From Hormiphora californensis (Eukaryota > Animalia > Ctenophora), in assembly GCA_020137815.1 (NCBI GenBank), contig CM035351.1, positions 8,990,001 to 9,054,000 of the forward strand: a stretch of DNA of 64,000 nucleotides, read 5' to 3'. This document shows, piece after piece, positions 12,916 to 27,179 of the stretch; the first letter of the stretch is position 1; the number at the start of each line of letters is the position of its first letter. The notes under the pieces are model-generated. The model saw only the letters and a program-made list of their open reading frames with translations. It had not been told where the DNA came from and made no database searches. A program made the position numbers and the translations under genes.

Positions 12916-15855
12916 CTTGGGAGAATGGGCATGAGACTGGAGCGAAGGGTAAACAAGGTTGTAGGACTTTAAGGATTGGACTTGGAAATTGCTTTTCCCT
13001 TCGAAATAAGGTTAACTCGGTCCTGGGTATGATGGTAGAGAATGATTTGGACATCTTAGCTCTAACTGAGACGTGGTTAAAAACGGGAGAGACTGCTGTG
13101 GAAGCCGAAGTTGCAGAGTGGAGGCATAAATTAGTAAGTGCTCCACGGAAAGGGAAAAGAGGGGGAGGGGTTGCGTTTATGATGAGGAATAAGATCAAGT
13201 ACTCTCGATGTAACACTTCCCAAAAGTCTTTTGAGTGCTTGGAGATTTTCGTGAAAGGGACGGTTGGTGTTAGACTTGCGGTTGTCTATCGAACGGGGAA
13301 TGATTACGGCCATTTCATTACGGAGTTTGGGGCATACTTGAACTCATTTCTGTCTAAAGGAGGTACTCCAGTCATATTGGGTGATTTTAATGTAAGGTAC
13401 CAAGATGATTCTGATCGCTTTACTCAAAAATTCAAGGGACTTTTATCGATGGAGGGATGGTCTCAGCATGTCCTGGGAGCGACACATGTCAGAGGTGGTT
13501 TACTGGACCTGATTCTAACCAGGGATACGGATGGTACGAACCTTACCGGGCTGGAGATTTATCGGTCACCTGTTCTTCCTGATCACTCACTCGTTAGTTT
13601 TTCTATGGATGTAGCTGGTTTCAGTGCTAATAAGGCCGTTAAGGTTGTACGAAGTCGTAAAATGAAGGACTTGGATATCGAGGATCTCAAGGAGGACATT
13701 CTCCAATCTGACCTGTGTGATGAACTGCCCAACGATCTGGATGACTGTGTAGAACTCTACAACTCCTCACTTACTTCTTTCATGGACAACCGAGCGCCTG
13801 TAATAACTAGAGTGGTTAGTGAGAGGGACGAGCAATGGTTTTCAGAGAACTATGAGGTATGCCAGGCTGCGAAAACTGAGAAAAGGAGAAAGGAGAGGAA
13901 ATATCGTGCTGTACTCAAGACGTCAACAGATCCTGCTGAACTTGTTAAACATTTTAACGCTTCAAAAGAACAGGAAAAGGACTCCGAGAAAATCTTGAAT
14001 GAAACGAGGGAAAAGTTCTTCTCCAAAAAACTTGAATTACAGAAGGATGATCCACGGGGAACATGGCAAACAACGCACCATCTAATGGGGACTAAGAGGG
14101 TGGAGGTTATGCCGGGACACATTGAAAAGGACAGGCTCGCAGACTCTTTCATGGCGGCATTCAAGGGTAAGGTTGATAAAATCTATCGAAAAATGGAGGA
14201 GAAGCTACGAAATGAATCTGATGGTCGTGAATTACAATACCTAACTCAATCTCCAAATGCACCGCGAGTGCCATCATTCAAATTTCAACCGGTGTCTGAT
14301 ACAGTCTTAAGATCGACCATTATGGAGATGGGCACGAAACATTGCGAGCTGGATCCTATACCCACTTCTTTTGTCAGACGATTATTTGGAGAACTCCTCC
14401 CGGTCCTATCTAAGATAGTGAACGACAGCCTATTATCTGGTAAATTCCCTACTGCTTTGAAAACTGCTCTTATTCGTCCTTTGATTAAGAAGTCAGATCT
14501 TGACGCCGATGATCTGGGTAACTACAGACCTGTCAGCAACCTACCATTCCTTGGCAAGCTCATTGAAAAGTGTGCAGCTGATCAGTTCGTCAAGCATCTG
14601 GAGGATAACAACCTTCTATCGAGACATCAATCTGCATATAGACAGCATAAAAGCTGTGAAACTGCCACCCTACGCATATTTGACGATTTGCTAACACTGA
14701 CGGACGAAAGATCGAAGGTGGTGCTCCTGTTATTAGACTTGAGTGCGGCTTTCGATACGGTGAACCACTCGACACTCCTCAAACGATTGGAGCAGCTATA
14801 TGGTGTCAGTGATACCTCTCTTGACTGGTTCCGGAGTTACCTTACGGGTAGGGGTGCTTCTGTGATGGTGGGTGAGTTGAAATCGGCTTTTACTGAGTTG
14901 ACTATTGGAGTGCCTCAGGGATCGATTCTGGGTCCTATTCTGTTCATATGCTACACGAAGGAGCTGGAACTAATTGCTGAGAAACACGGAGTAGGTATTC
15001 ATTTTTACGCAGATGATACCCAGGTGTACGCTGCATATTCAGCGGATGACTTCTCTGATATTGAACAGAAGTTACAGGCCTGCGTTTCGGATATACAGGC
15101 CTGGCTCACGACTAATTTTCTCCAACTGAACCCTACAAAGACTGAAGTTATGATCCTATCTCCCAGAGGAAGTACCTCTGTAGACTCAGTACAGCTGTTC
15201 AAAGAGGGCACACCCACTGTGGTCACGAACTCGGCAAGGAATCTGGGGGTGTACTTTGACTCTAAACTCTCCATGGATGAACATGTGTTGAAGGTGGTCA
15301 ATGCATGTAAGTCCACTCTGGTTAATTTATGGAGAATCGCCGGGAAGTTGTCGCGAAGACTAAGAACATTACTAGTCTGCAGCTTGATCCACTCCAAAAT
15401 GGATTACTGTAACTCCCTGATGACCGGAATGACAAAGAAGAACGTACAAGAGCTTCAAAAGATCCAAAATGCCGCATCACGTTTCATCTATGGCCAGAGG
15501 CGTTGGCGAGGTACGACCCAGCTACGGAAGGAGCTTCATTTCCTCCCGGTCTCTGAGCGAATTGAGTATAAAACCTGTGTTCTGGTATTCAAATGCTTAA
15601 ACGGACTTGCACCCGACTATCTTAGTGGTCGCCTGCTTAAGAGGAAAACAAAATCAATAGGACTGCGTGCAGATGGAGATAAACTTTTGCTTGAAATCCC
15701 CCATCCAAATTACAAGACAACTGATCGTGCATTCAGCGTATCGGGACCTCGACTATGGAACAAACTGCCAAGAGAATTGCGTGAATCAGAGACTCTAAAA
15801 GCGTTTTAAAGTGGATCTAAAGACGTTTTTGTTCTGTAGGGCTTTTGGTGTGTAA
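12870..15855 (+). CDS. LINE ORF2: apurinic-like endonuclease plus reverse transcriptase
   Basis: GNCFSL, LTETW, GGGVA, GDFN, LDL, PDH (APE); NYRPVSNL, LDLSAAFDTV, GVPQGSILGP, FYADD (RT). A one-base frameshift near 15807 separates the last residues (VDLKTFLF...GV*). Confidence 0.93.
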
Positions 15856-16236
15856 GGAGCTGAAATGTCCATTGTGACAATAGGAATCCGTTGAATTTCT
15901 AGAGTTAGTAGGAGCCAGGAGATATAGAGGAGGTTGTTTGTGTGTCTGGTGGTCAGTTGAATACTTATTATTTTGTGTGTTCTAGGAAGTGGAGATTTGG
16001 GAGTTGATTGGTTTCTTTTATGTGACGGATCCCCAGAACTCGGTAAAAAAAGAGCCTGGGTTAAAAAATCAAAAAAGCAAAGAAAAAAAAGAATAAAAAA
16101 AAATTTAAAAAAAAAAAAAAAAAAATAAAAATAAAAAAATAAAAAAATAAAAAAATCAAAAAGAGGCAATAATAAAAAGAAAAAAAAAAAGAAAAAAAAA
16201 AGCCCACCCTTCTTTCTCTCAACCTCTTTTCTTCTA

Positions 16237-16292
<56 letters not shown>

Positions 16293-16960
16293 TTGTGTGT
16301 GCGTGTGTGTGTATGTTTGTATGTATGTGTGTGTTTGTTCTCTTTCTCGAGCGGTTAAGGGAACAGGATCTTCACTTCATCTGGACCTTATTTGGCATGG
16401 TTCCCAAGAAGTTTCACTCTATCACGGCCATGGGCCAAACTGGTAAACGGACTTTCACCCAGGTTGTATATTTCTGTATCATTGCTCGGCTTTTTACCTA
16501 GGTTTGGGTATAGTCCAATTTTCTACTCGAGTGGCGGGGTGCCGGGCACTTAATTCTTTTCTCTGGTCTTGTCTTGGTGGTATGGGGCTTGATCCTGGTA
16601 TCACTGGATAGGTTTCTGCCTTGTCGAGCGTCACTGGTTCAGCCAGTTTCACATCTGTTTAGCGAGTTGGTGTGTGGCGACCTGTCGCTTGAGTGGGAAA
16701 TTGGACTTTAGTTTGTATTTTGCTATCTTTGGATCCCTTGATCCAAGAGTGTTTTATATCTTTCTGAACTGCATTTGCAGTTGTGGTTGCTCTTTCAATT
16801 TTCGTTTCATGTAGAAATCTATCAACTCTCTATTCACAGGATATCACATCACAATGTTGCCAAAAGGGATTTGAAGTCTTATCGTTCACTATCATACTCT
16901 GCAAGACACGAGTAAACCATTTTTCAAGACCAAGCTCAACATTACCTGATTAAGACCTCA
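16237..16960 (-). mobile_element. Possible degenerate non-LTR 3' fragment with (CA)n tail, inserted antisense in the LINE a 3' UTR
   Basis: Minus strand ends in a (CA)n/(ACAT)n tract; a broken CRV...TSNPFWQHCD zinc-knuckle-like remnant near 16900-16850. Confidence 0.3.
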
Positions 16961-17543
16961 TCTTTTCCATGACGTGCACACCTTATTGAGACTGGTGTAG
17001 TAATTTTTTACATTGAGATCTATGGCCTCTGTTGCACTATATTTTTTCTAGACTTTTGTATGATTCTATCTTGTGGATATTCAGTGTTCAGTTTATGCTG
17101 TTTTGATTAACTTATTAACTATTTATTAATTATATGTGACAGTTTATGCTGTTTTTTAATTAACTTATTAACTATGTATTTAATTATATGACAACGAGGA
17201 CTTTCGGAATGACATTGATACGAATTACGAAGATGCGCTTTAGAAAGCGAGTTTTGATCGAAAGGACGCTTTAGTATAAGTCGATCGAGATAAACACTTT
17301 TCGCTCAAAAGCGATTTATAAATGTTAAATGTTATGTTATGTTATGTTATTTTTCAAAATGTTTCCGATCTTCATCTTGAAAAGCGCTGCCTTATCCCGC
17401 GCTGCGGGGGCCAGCAACGTTTGCCAAATCTTCATCATAATTTTCCTTTCAATCAATGAATATTTTACCAATTACCTAAACAACTGATTCTTGTCTTATT
17501 CTAACCAGTCGACAGCTTGACAACTCCTAGCTATGCTCAAAAG

Positions 17544-20008
17544 ATGAGTTCCAAAAGAGGGACAAGTCGTAGAACCCCTCGCAGCAGCAACATACAGAGT
17601 AATAACTCCTCGGTACCAAACTCTGTAGCGAGACAGAGAATGGGTTCATCTTTTTCATCGAGCAGGTAAAAAACAATAACCGTATTAAAACAACACGTTT
17701 ATTTGAAATTTAAATTCATTTTCCATCTTCAATTTTCCTCGCGAATAAAATGGCAGCATTTGATGATGAGCGCTCTTCCCCTCAAAAATTATTTCAATTG
17801 TGTAAATTCAGGATTAATGATAATAATAATTTCATCAGGCGAACCTCTGGAGCTGACAGTAGCGATTCTCCTACTGGTGAACCCTCATCTGCGTACATGA
17901 CACGGTATCCTAGAAGGACTCTGAGGTCTACTCTGAGGTCAGCTACCAGTAGTCCTAGTAGTGGTGGTCCATTGAGCCGTCTAGCAAGGGCTACACGCAG
18001 CAGACATACAGGTCCAGTGAGAGAAGCAGCTGACCAGACCCCGGGTCCGAGACGTTCAGCTCGTATCAGTTCCCGAATATCGGGATTACAGACTGAACAG
18101 ATTCAACAGAGACCACCATCCACTAACCCTCCCAGTCGGGCATCGTCAGGAATATTCTCTCCTACTGCTGTTGAGGTTTGTATTTTATTGTGATTGATCT
18201 TTTATTATTCTGTTGTAATGATATGGACAAATAATTACGGGAATTTTCGCTGTACAACAGCATCATCAGCTCCAATTAATTTGTTTAAAGTAGTGTTGAA
18301 AAGTTTGAAACTCTTCTTTTATTGATAATCCCAATCTATAACCCCCTTTTTCATTCCATCAGGAGGGGTGGCAGTGGAGGGAGTTCTCTCCAGATCCTCG
18401 GACACCTCTACCACCGATAACTCCTGGACCACACGACCAGCCCCCTCCCCTGATTCCACCTCCCCCTCCACCCCTCCCATCCGCCAACATTCCATCACCA
18501 CCCGGTCACCACATGAGTGAGGGCCCTGATACAGACTATCCAATCTGTTGGAATAACCCGGGTTGTGCCCCATCGACTGATGGAAGTTAGTTGGAGAAGA
18601 TGTCCTAGAGCCACGACCTCCCCCTCGACCATCCAGCGGAAATAGGGCCCATTTTACATCTGGAATGATGAGACATGCCCGGAGATTACTGCGTAAGTGG
18701 CGAATTCTATCAAAAAACTGGAACTTTCAGTTATTATTTTGTTCCCAAGGTCTAGTTCTAGAATTGTATTCCAGTAATAGACATGACCTCGAGTATCACT
18801 TCCTTAAAAGTACATGTTCTTGACAGTATCATGATCCTCAAACTTTATTTGTCGCCTGAACTATTTAATTAAATATTTTCAGGAGACCACCCACCAGCTC
18901 AAGAAATGGTATCACCAGCTCCAGAGACCTATCAATGACAATCAACCAAGGTAACTATCCCAGCTTTTATTTCGCAACCTTAGGTCGTATTCCATCCTAG
19001 TTTTCTACCTTCTACTCACCAGATAAATAAGATAGAGGGGGCCTACTCACCCACCCTATCTTTCTAGACGGCAGTTCCGTGAGATCAGGTTCAGTCACAG
19101 TGGTGAGATGGACGGGGAGAGAGCGAGTGGAAGTAACAGCGAGGAGGCGCTAAGGGGACGACTTCATGAGCACGCCATGTCTGAAGCAGTTAACAACATG
19201 ATGTTTCCAATCGTACCCAGCGGCTCTTCTACCCCCAGTGAGTTATCTTGACATCTCTAATAAGTTCTCTACCCCACTCTCTCATTCTCTCTGATCTCAC
19301 TTATCCCACTGCCACCCATTCCTTCTCTACCTACCTTCTTCCCCCAGTGATTATGTCACTATTTTCCTAGTCACACCCTCAGTCTCTCCTCTCTCTCCTA
19401 TACCTCCCCCCTCTCAGTACTAGTCCCACATCATCACCCATTCCACCTCAGCAGGCGGTGTGCCGGGTGGATCGTCACAGGGAGAGCGGCTAGCCAGGTT
19501 ACGATTGGTCAGGTTCAGAATGATGGCGGTGAGATGACACCCAGGGAACGATTTATTGCTGGCATGCTCAGGAGACGTCATGCGGCAACAGAAGAGGACG
19601 GAGCAGGACAGGTAATAAGCTGCAGGGGTAGAGAGGGTATGGGGTGGAAGGGGACTAGGATGTTCAATGTTGTGACATGATGTGTAACACAATTCGTGTG
19701 TTACACACAGTCTCCCTGTCTACTCTGTGTTTGTATTCTCTTGGTTGATAACTTGTCTGGTTCCAGTTATCACTGTATTTGGTTGATATATTGTCCCATC
19801 TAAACAGTATTCACTATCTCCCCCGACTATCTCTATTACAGTTAGTCAGGTAACTGTGATCAACCTGATTTCCCTAATTTGGTTTCCACTGTCAAATGTT
19901 CACAGTGACATTTACCCTGTCAAGAACGTTCAGTATTTTAGCATACCATGGCAACATTTTGGCAAACAGTATTCATTTCAGGTTATCTGTCTCTATCCCT
20001 CTCTATGA

Positions 20009-20104
<96 letters not shown>

Positions 20105-20227
20105 CTCTCTGTCTGTCTCTATCTCTCTCTCACCCTCTCTCTGTTCTCTCTCTCTCCCTCTCTATCTCTCTCTACCTCTCTCTCCCTCTCTCTGTTCTCT
20201 CTCTATCTCTCTATCTCTCTCTCTATC

Positions 20228-20311
<84 letters not shown>

Positions 20312-21427
20312 ACAACCTCCATGCTGCCTGATGATGTAACTAACACGCTCTCTCTCTCCCACAGAGCTCCTCTGACGCCCCAGCCGCCGGAAGCAGCATG
20401 GCTGGAGCTACCCCTCCCCAGTTCCGAATGTTTGAAATGAGAGGGGCAACAACTGCAGCGGGTATGGACGACATACGACCCGAGACCTCCCTACGAATGT
20501 CAATCGCACAGGTACGTCTCGTGTGTCGTCTCCGCTATATTTAGCGAGAGTCGAGTGACGGCGCGCGCGACCGCCGAACCCGCGGGTTCAACTGAAAGAT
20601 GTCATTGAAAACGGCTGGTGGGCGCGCTATGTTTGCCCCGCGCACGCACTCTCGCACGTGACCTGACACGAGAGTGTGTGTGCCTGGCAGCAGCAACTCT
20701 GCTGCCAGTGTGTGTATCAGAGACTTTGCCCCGCCCTCTCTTCTCTACTGACTTTCGTAGCAGAATTTCCCATACCAGAACTGCTAGGGCGTGTGAAAAG
20801 AGAATATGAAAGTAGAGAGAGAGAGAGAATCGTGATTGTCATTGTCATACTCAAGCAATAGTAACGTGCAATTGTTTCAGGCACAATACCTGCAGGAAGT
20901 GCTATTGAGAATATCGAGTCTACTTGATAATCTACACATACTATCCCAAATGCACGACAGACTGGAAGGTAAAGTGAGAATTAACTGTTATTAGCACTTC
21001 ACATCATTGATCATGCCAGGTGTAACGTCGACCCACTGTTTTACCTTTGTACCTAGTTACTACAACAAGTTAACACGCAATAGGATACATAATCCTAATG
21101 CCACCCAATTATAAAACTATTGCCAGTTCATCATTATCATATTATCATATTATGCACCAATTCCCCTTTGCTTCCTTGTAAATCTGGGTAGCCCAGTATT
21201 CCCCTATATTTCACATATCACTCACAAACATATTTGAATATTCTGTGTGTAACACATGGGATCTTGCAGATGATCCTAGACTGAGGACTATTCTGGCATT
21301 TGCAACCCTGGACCCTGACAGTATGACTTATGAGGTAAAGCCTTACATGCGAGTAATATATTCTATCTCTATCTTTCTATCTTTCTCTCTATATCTATCG
21401 CTATCTTTCTCTCTCTATCTATCGCTA

Positions 21428-21503
<76 letters not shown>

Positions 21504-23149
21504 ACTATCTCTTCATCTCTCTCACTCCCTCTTTGTCTCCCTTTCTCTCTTCCCAACTCTGACCTCTCTCTACCTCTCTGTATCTCTTCTTTCAGTCTCT
21601 ATCCATCTATCTATACTATCTCTCTCTCGTTCTAATTTCTGTGTGTATGACTCGAATGCGACGGAAGATATATGTTGATATGCTGGAGTTACTCAGCTCG
21701 ACTACGGCAGTAGCACTTCCATTCAAGAGTGTGGCCGGCGTGATATTTACCATACATAATCGTGTACACGTTCTCTCTCTCCCTCTCCCTCTGTGCTATT
21801 TCTGTACTATCCTATCTCATTGAAACCCCCCTTGGGTTGACTGCTTGTCCATTATAATGATTGGTATCCGGTTTCATATTCAGCAACTCCTGATGCTGGA
21901 CGAGCTGTTACCAAAGAACCAGGGAGCTAGTAAGGAGTTGATAGCGAGCAAGACGAGTTTACTGCAGTACCACAAATCAGATCACCATGAGAATGACACC
22001 TGTATCATCTGTATATCTGATCTGGAGGAGAACGATGGGATCAGGTACATGAGAACATAGTTAATTAGTTAATTACCTCTACACCCCGGCCTGATTATCT
22101 GGTCATAATCAACTGCCTGGCTCTTTTCACTGCCATTTCACTGGTACTATCATGGTACTAGAGATAATGAATCCTAATCAGTAATCATGCTAATCAGTAA
22201 TGTATCTTCTGAACATCGGTTGAGAGTGGATTCTCTCACCTCACTCACTCAGCCATCTGGCTGTGGGCGGGGGCAGCACAAAAACCCGAAACAGCCCTAA
22301 AATCGTCGATTGATCTGGATATAACGGTGGTGCTCCGTCATATTGGCCGCCCGCTTTGGTATTTTATAACTTTTTTGATCTGGCTATATTATCGACTTTT
22401 GGCCTTTTTTGAGCTGGCTTTATTATCTGAAATCCTGGATTAATCGGGTACTTTTGGCCCACCATTAAATATCCGTTTTTACTTCTTTTTTTTTGGCATC
22501 CACCCCTCTCTCTATGTGATCTGATGGCCAGGGAAACCTTGGCAGTATCAGAACTACAGCTTCCACATGTATACAGTGTGTTTTACTACATAATGTGCTT
22601 TATGCAGTAGGAGTATTTTCCAAATGTATTATACAAGCTGGATGTCAACATGTGTTCACTGCCCCCTCTACCCCCCCCCCCTCTCCACCACGAATGATTA
22701 CCCCGCGGCCCCCTCTCACCAATAACCAATCCTTTTTACACACATCCCTATTCAACCCCTCTCTGAACCTAACACATTAATCCCAGTTCCACCCATCTCT
22801 AATTCCCCTCTATGTTTCAGGTTACTACCCTGTGCCCACATTTACCATTTCGCTTGTGTCGACAACTGGCTGACTCGCAAAAAGACTTGTCCAATGTGCC
22901 GATCATCAATAGAAGAAAGTAAGTGGTGCAAATAATTCAGTAACTTTAAGTTTACTGTGTTACACTGTTTCACTTTCAGTCAAATACCGCTCTATTTAGC
23001 GTTCCTATTTCCTGTTGATCACCAGTCATTGTTATTTCGTCTTGCATTTTTTAGAGCCGCTTCAAAAATTAGTTTTCCGGCTTTAGGTTACAAATCCTAT
23101 CATTCCCATCAATCCTATCCTCTCTCTTTCTCTCTCTCTCTCTCTCTCA

Positions 23150-23213
<64 letters not shown>

Positions 23214-23214
23214 A

Positions 23215-23262
<48 letters not shown>

Positions 23263-23563
23263 TTGTCCTGATTTTATACCCGTGACGGGGGCATCTCCTG
23301 TCGACCGTAACTCGAATCCTCATTACTGACTTAGAAGATCTCCCTGTTCGTAATGTTCTATTATTAGCACCCCATTCACCCCCCTCTATTCATTAAACCC
23401 CCCCCCCCTCTATTCATTAACCCCCCCTCCATTAACCCCCTGATTCATTAACCCTCCCCTCCATTAACCCCCTGATTCATTCCTCTAACCTTCCTTTTCT
23501 TTTTCAGAACCCAGTACTTCCTACGTAGAACGTTTGGAAAAGTTTAAAGACTTGAAAAAGTGA
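17544..23563 (+). CDS. RING-H2 E3 ubiquitin ligase with long Ser/Pro/Arg-rich N-terminus (RNF111/RNF165/RNF38-like). Exons include 17544-17665, 17812-18175, ~18363-18692, ~20365-20511, ~20881-20968, ~21270-21334, ~21883-22044, ~22821-22918, ~23508-23563
   Basis: Spliced C-terminus DPDSMTYE|QLLMLDELL...[15 protein letters not shown]|[27 protein letters not shown] = C3H2C3 RING preceded by a YExLL helix. Middle exons uncertain. Confidence 0.8.
20012..20308. repeat. (CT)n microsatellite; similar tracts at ~95-170, 21360-21500, 23120-23255, 24826-24973, 33517-33597, 38730-38890, 62780-63036; (AGAT/AGAG)n at 30580-30680
   Basis: Directly visible simple repeats, mostly intronic. Confidence 0.97.
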
Positions 23564-24819
23564 AACTGTTAGGATAAATTAAGAGAGACAATTCCAGATC
23601 GAGAGATTTTACCTGCAATATCTGCACACCATTCATCAGCTGCTGTGGTTTAACTGAGCTGTGTGTCAAGCCCCGAAAGATAGAGAGAGAGAGACAGATG
23701 AACAATGGAATGAGCTCCCAATGAGCAAGATTTTGTGAGAATATATCATGTTGTCTTGAGAGGGTTATTTATTAACCAAAGAACGGGAGGGAGAGATAGA
23801 GAGAGAGCGAGATTGAGTGACAGAGAGAGGGAGATATAGTCATGATTTGCTGCAAGCAACAATGGGCCAACAATCAAATCAGTTGCCTGCCCAAAGTGTC
23901 CCTAATACAAAACCTTCTTCTGTCGATATACTCCTCTAATAAAATGCAGCCCCAGACAGGAACTAGTAACTGCTATATAATGTAGTGGCCGGGTTACAGG
24001 CGGGTAACGAATCATTGGATGGTTATCCCATGTTAAATTCCCCCCCTCCTAGAAATCAATTTCTCGTTATTCAGCTGCTTTCTATTCAACCACTAGTTTC
24101 GTAACTCGCCAGTTCACGCGACTGTGAACACTTAATTTTGAAATGGCAAATGAGACCTGGCTAATGTGACCTGCACCTCACATCATCGTCTACTACTAGA
24201 GATGGGATGTCATATTGAGACATCTCCCATTATATTCCTGGCAGTGCAGTATTTCAGAATATTGTCCATTTTTATTGGGTTTTTCTACCGCATTACTCTC
24301 ACTGTCCTACCAGTTTCTTTTAATGGTACTGCTCTGTGTGAGTCCATGAAAATATGACAATACTTTCAATGACTAGACTTTAAGAGATACCCGATCTGAC
24401 AGCCAATTACTCTAGTTCTATAAAGACCTGTACTAAAAGAGACCCCTTTCCTGCCCCGTTTAGTTTCTTTATGAGGGGTGAAAGATGGTGTTATTGTGCC
24501 AAGTGATGTCTATTATAATAGACTCTGTTACAGAACCTTTTAGTATTATTATACTGCACTGGTTCAGTCGCCTAACATTGTGTTTGAGCAATTCAAATTA
24601 ATGGATAGGTTTTTGTCTTTACCAATATCTACAAGTACAATACTATGGGAAATTATTGCTATTCCCTCCAGTCGATAATGAAATCTTCCATTAACCAGGG
24701 AGTAGTTTTGCAGTTAATCCATTTACTGGCGTCTAATAGTTCTTGGGTGGGTGCCGTGGGATTGGAAGCTTTCTGGGAAGAATTATAACCATTCGAGCAG
24801 ACATACTGTGATTAAGAAG

Positions 24820-24981
<162 letters not shown>

Positions 24982-25711
24982 TATGTACGTGCGAACTAAG
25001 AGTGATCGAAAAGAAAAGCCAAGATGGTATTATATGTTTCGAAATTAAAATCCTACTTAGTGTTGCTCAATTCAGTATAAATCTTCTAAAATAAAGATTT
25101 TTTAACCAAGCTTAATTAACTAAACTACTGCTGATTTTATGCAAGCTTTTCTAACGGCATATGCTGGTGCTATTATGCACAGAAAGAATTATGTTTTTTC
25201 AGAGAGTGTGAGATCGGGGGATTATTATGGAGGTCTAATTTTGACGATTAATGTCACTCAAAATCTGTTTGGCGTCGCCGTCTCGTTCTGAGTGCACTGT
25301 CACTAAGAAAAAAATCCGGGGACGGCGACGCATCTTAATGTCACTTGTCCCATTATGCATTGCTCAACCATTAAATCTCAAATATATTTCTGCTCTAAGT
25401 ACTGCAGTGTGAGTGAAGATTTTCTGTAAAGAAGCTTTTATTGTGGGAAGGAGGGAGAGAGAGAGAGAGGGAGAGACGAGAAATTCCCCTGTATACGGAT
25501 GTTTTGTACTGTACAGAGTATAAATTTCAAATTTCAACGCAAAGTATACGCCGTGTTTACAATTTGTTTCTTTCTGGGACATGGCTGACTGGACGTTCAA
25601 ATAGTGCCAAAGGGGGCGAGGAGGTATGACGGGATACATAAACCGTTATCCGGTATTATTCCTCGCCCCATGGCCCTCTCATTCTCAACCGGATTGTGGT
25701 TAATGACTTGA

Positions 25712-26874
25712 CACGGTGCACCAGAAGGATCGTCAACCCAAAGTTGAGCCCACAAAACAAACTTTTGTTGGGGGTGACCCAGGAGGCCTTCCTGAACATC
25801 CCCACGGTGAGAAAAGTATATGTTTACGGGGGAAATTTTTGTTAAAATCGAAAAAACTGGTTTTTGGTCCAAATTTGTGCATAACTTACTTGACTGCCGT
25901 TTGATGAAATATCTGATTGACTTAAAATAAGTATACAAGACCTATTTTTGCACGAGGAATCGATTGCCGGTGGAGAGAAATCTCTAAAATGACCGGAAAA
26001 TTGTCAAATATGGGAATTTTGTCATTTTTTTGAGGTTTTTGGCCCTTTAACCATTGAAAACGTTGAGATAGGAAGTTGGCAATAGCGCCAATCGTTAAAA
26101 TGGTCATTTTTATACGGGATCCCAAAATTTCATGTATATCCTATTCATGGTTAGATTTTGGCAAACTATTGAGATGTGCTTACTGAAAAAAGGACTTGAT
26201 TTTCTCGTTTTTTGCGATTTTTTAACTTTTGACAGAATTCTGATTGAAATGGCCAATCAGGGCTATGCTAAAGTTGTTTATGGGACAATTTTCGACCAAA
26301 ATCCAAGATTTCATGCAAATCCAATGACAGCTCATTGATTTATAGAAAGTTGAAAAAGGCAAAAAAGACCAATTTTTACCATGAAAACAAAAATACACAT
26401 TTTTTCTTGTCAATTTCCATCAACAACTGGTACTCTACCTATTTTTGCACGTAGAATCGATTGCCGGTGGAGTGGATCCTCTTAAATGATTGGAAAACGG
26501 TCGAAATGCCATTTTTTGGAGGTTTTTGGTCGCTAAGGTGAGATATATAACCTCAAAAAAATGACAAAATTCCCATATTTGACAATTTTCCGGTCATTTT
26601 AGAGATTTCTCTCCACCGGCAATCGATTCCTCGTGCAAAAATAGGTCTTGTATACTTATTTTAAGTCAATCAGATATTTCATCAAACGGCAGTCAAGTAA
26701 GTTATGCACAAATTTGGACCAAAAACCAGTTTTTTCGATTTTAACAAAAATTTCCCCCGTAAACATATACTTTTCTCACCGTGGGGATGTTCAGGAAGGC
26801 CTCCTGGGTCACCCCCAATAAAAGTTTGTTTTGTGGGCTCAACTTTGGGTTGACGATCCTTCTGGTGCACCGTG
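25712..26874. mobile_element. Non-autonomous DNA transposon with 326-bp TIRs (CAC termini, 4-bp TSD; Chapaev-like)
   Basis: 25712-26037 and 26549-26874 are near-perfect inverted copies starting CACGGTGCACCAGAAGG; TTGA duplicated at 25708-25711 and 26875-26878. Confidence 0.85.
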
Positions 26875-27179
26875 TTGATTTATCTATACACTCATCTATC
26901 TATACACTCAGTGGTTAAAACTGTACTGCACGTGCACGCTGATATTTAGCTGCTGCAGGCCGGATATGGGCCACCTTGCAGACTTGTACAGCAATGGGTA
27001 TTGGGTGTAGACTGTAGACCAGATCATATACTTTGTAGACATTATAATATACTATTGGCCAGTGGCCCTTGTCGCATAATCATTATTAATCATATAAGAC
27101 CGTCCTCTTCGCACCGGGCCGAAGAGACTTGCGGGGTGCATGATGTACAGTCAGTGCCTGGCCCATATAGTATATGGTA

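Larger units (their letters stand above)
11816..17350 (+). mobile_element. L2/CR1-group non-LTR retrotransposon (LINE a), with interrupted 3' UTR
   Basis: ORF1 plus APE-RT ORF2; L2-type terminus AAAGCGATTTATAAATG followed by (TGTTA)n at ~17310-17350; possible TTTCAAA TSD. Boundaries approximate. Confidence 0.8.

Noticed and set aside
19896-20362. ORFs rich in LS/ER/VC dipeptides (also near 24, 16237, 21245, 22957, 24751, 37573, 62738)
   Set aside because: They are translations of dinucleotide microsatellites.
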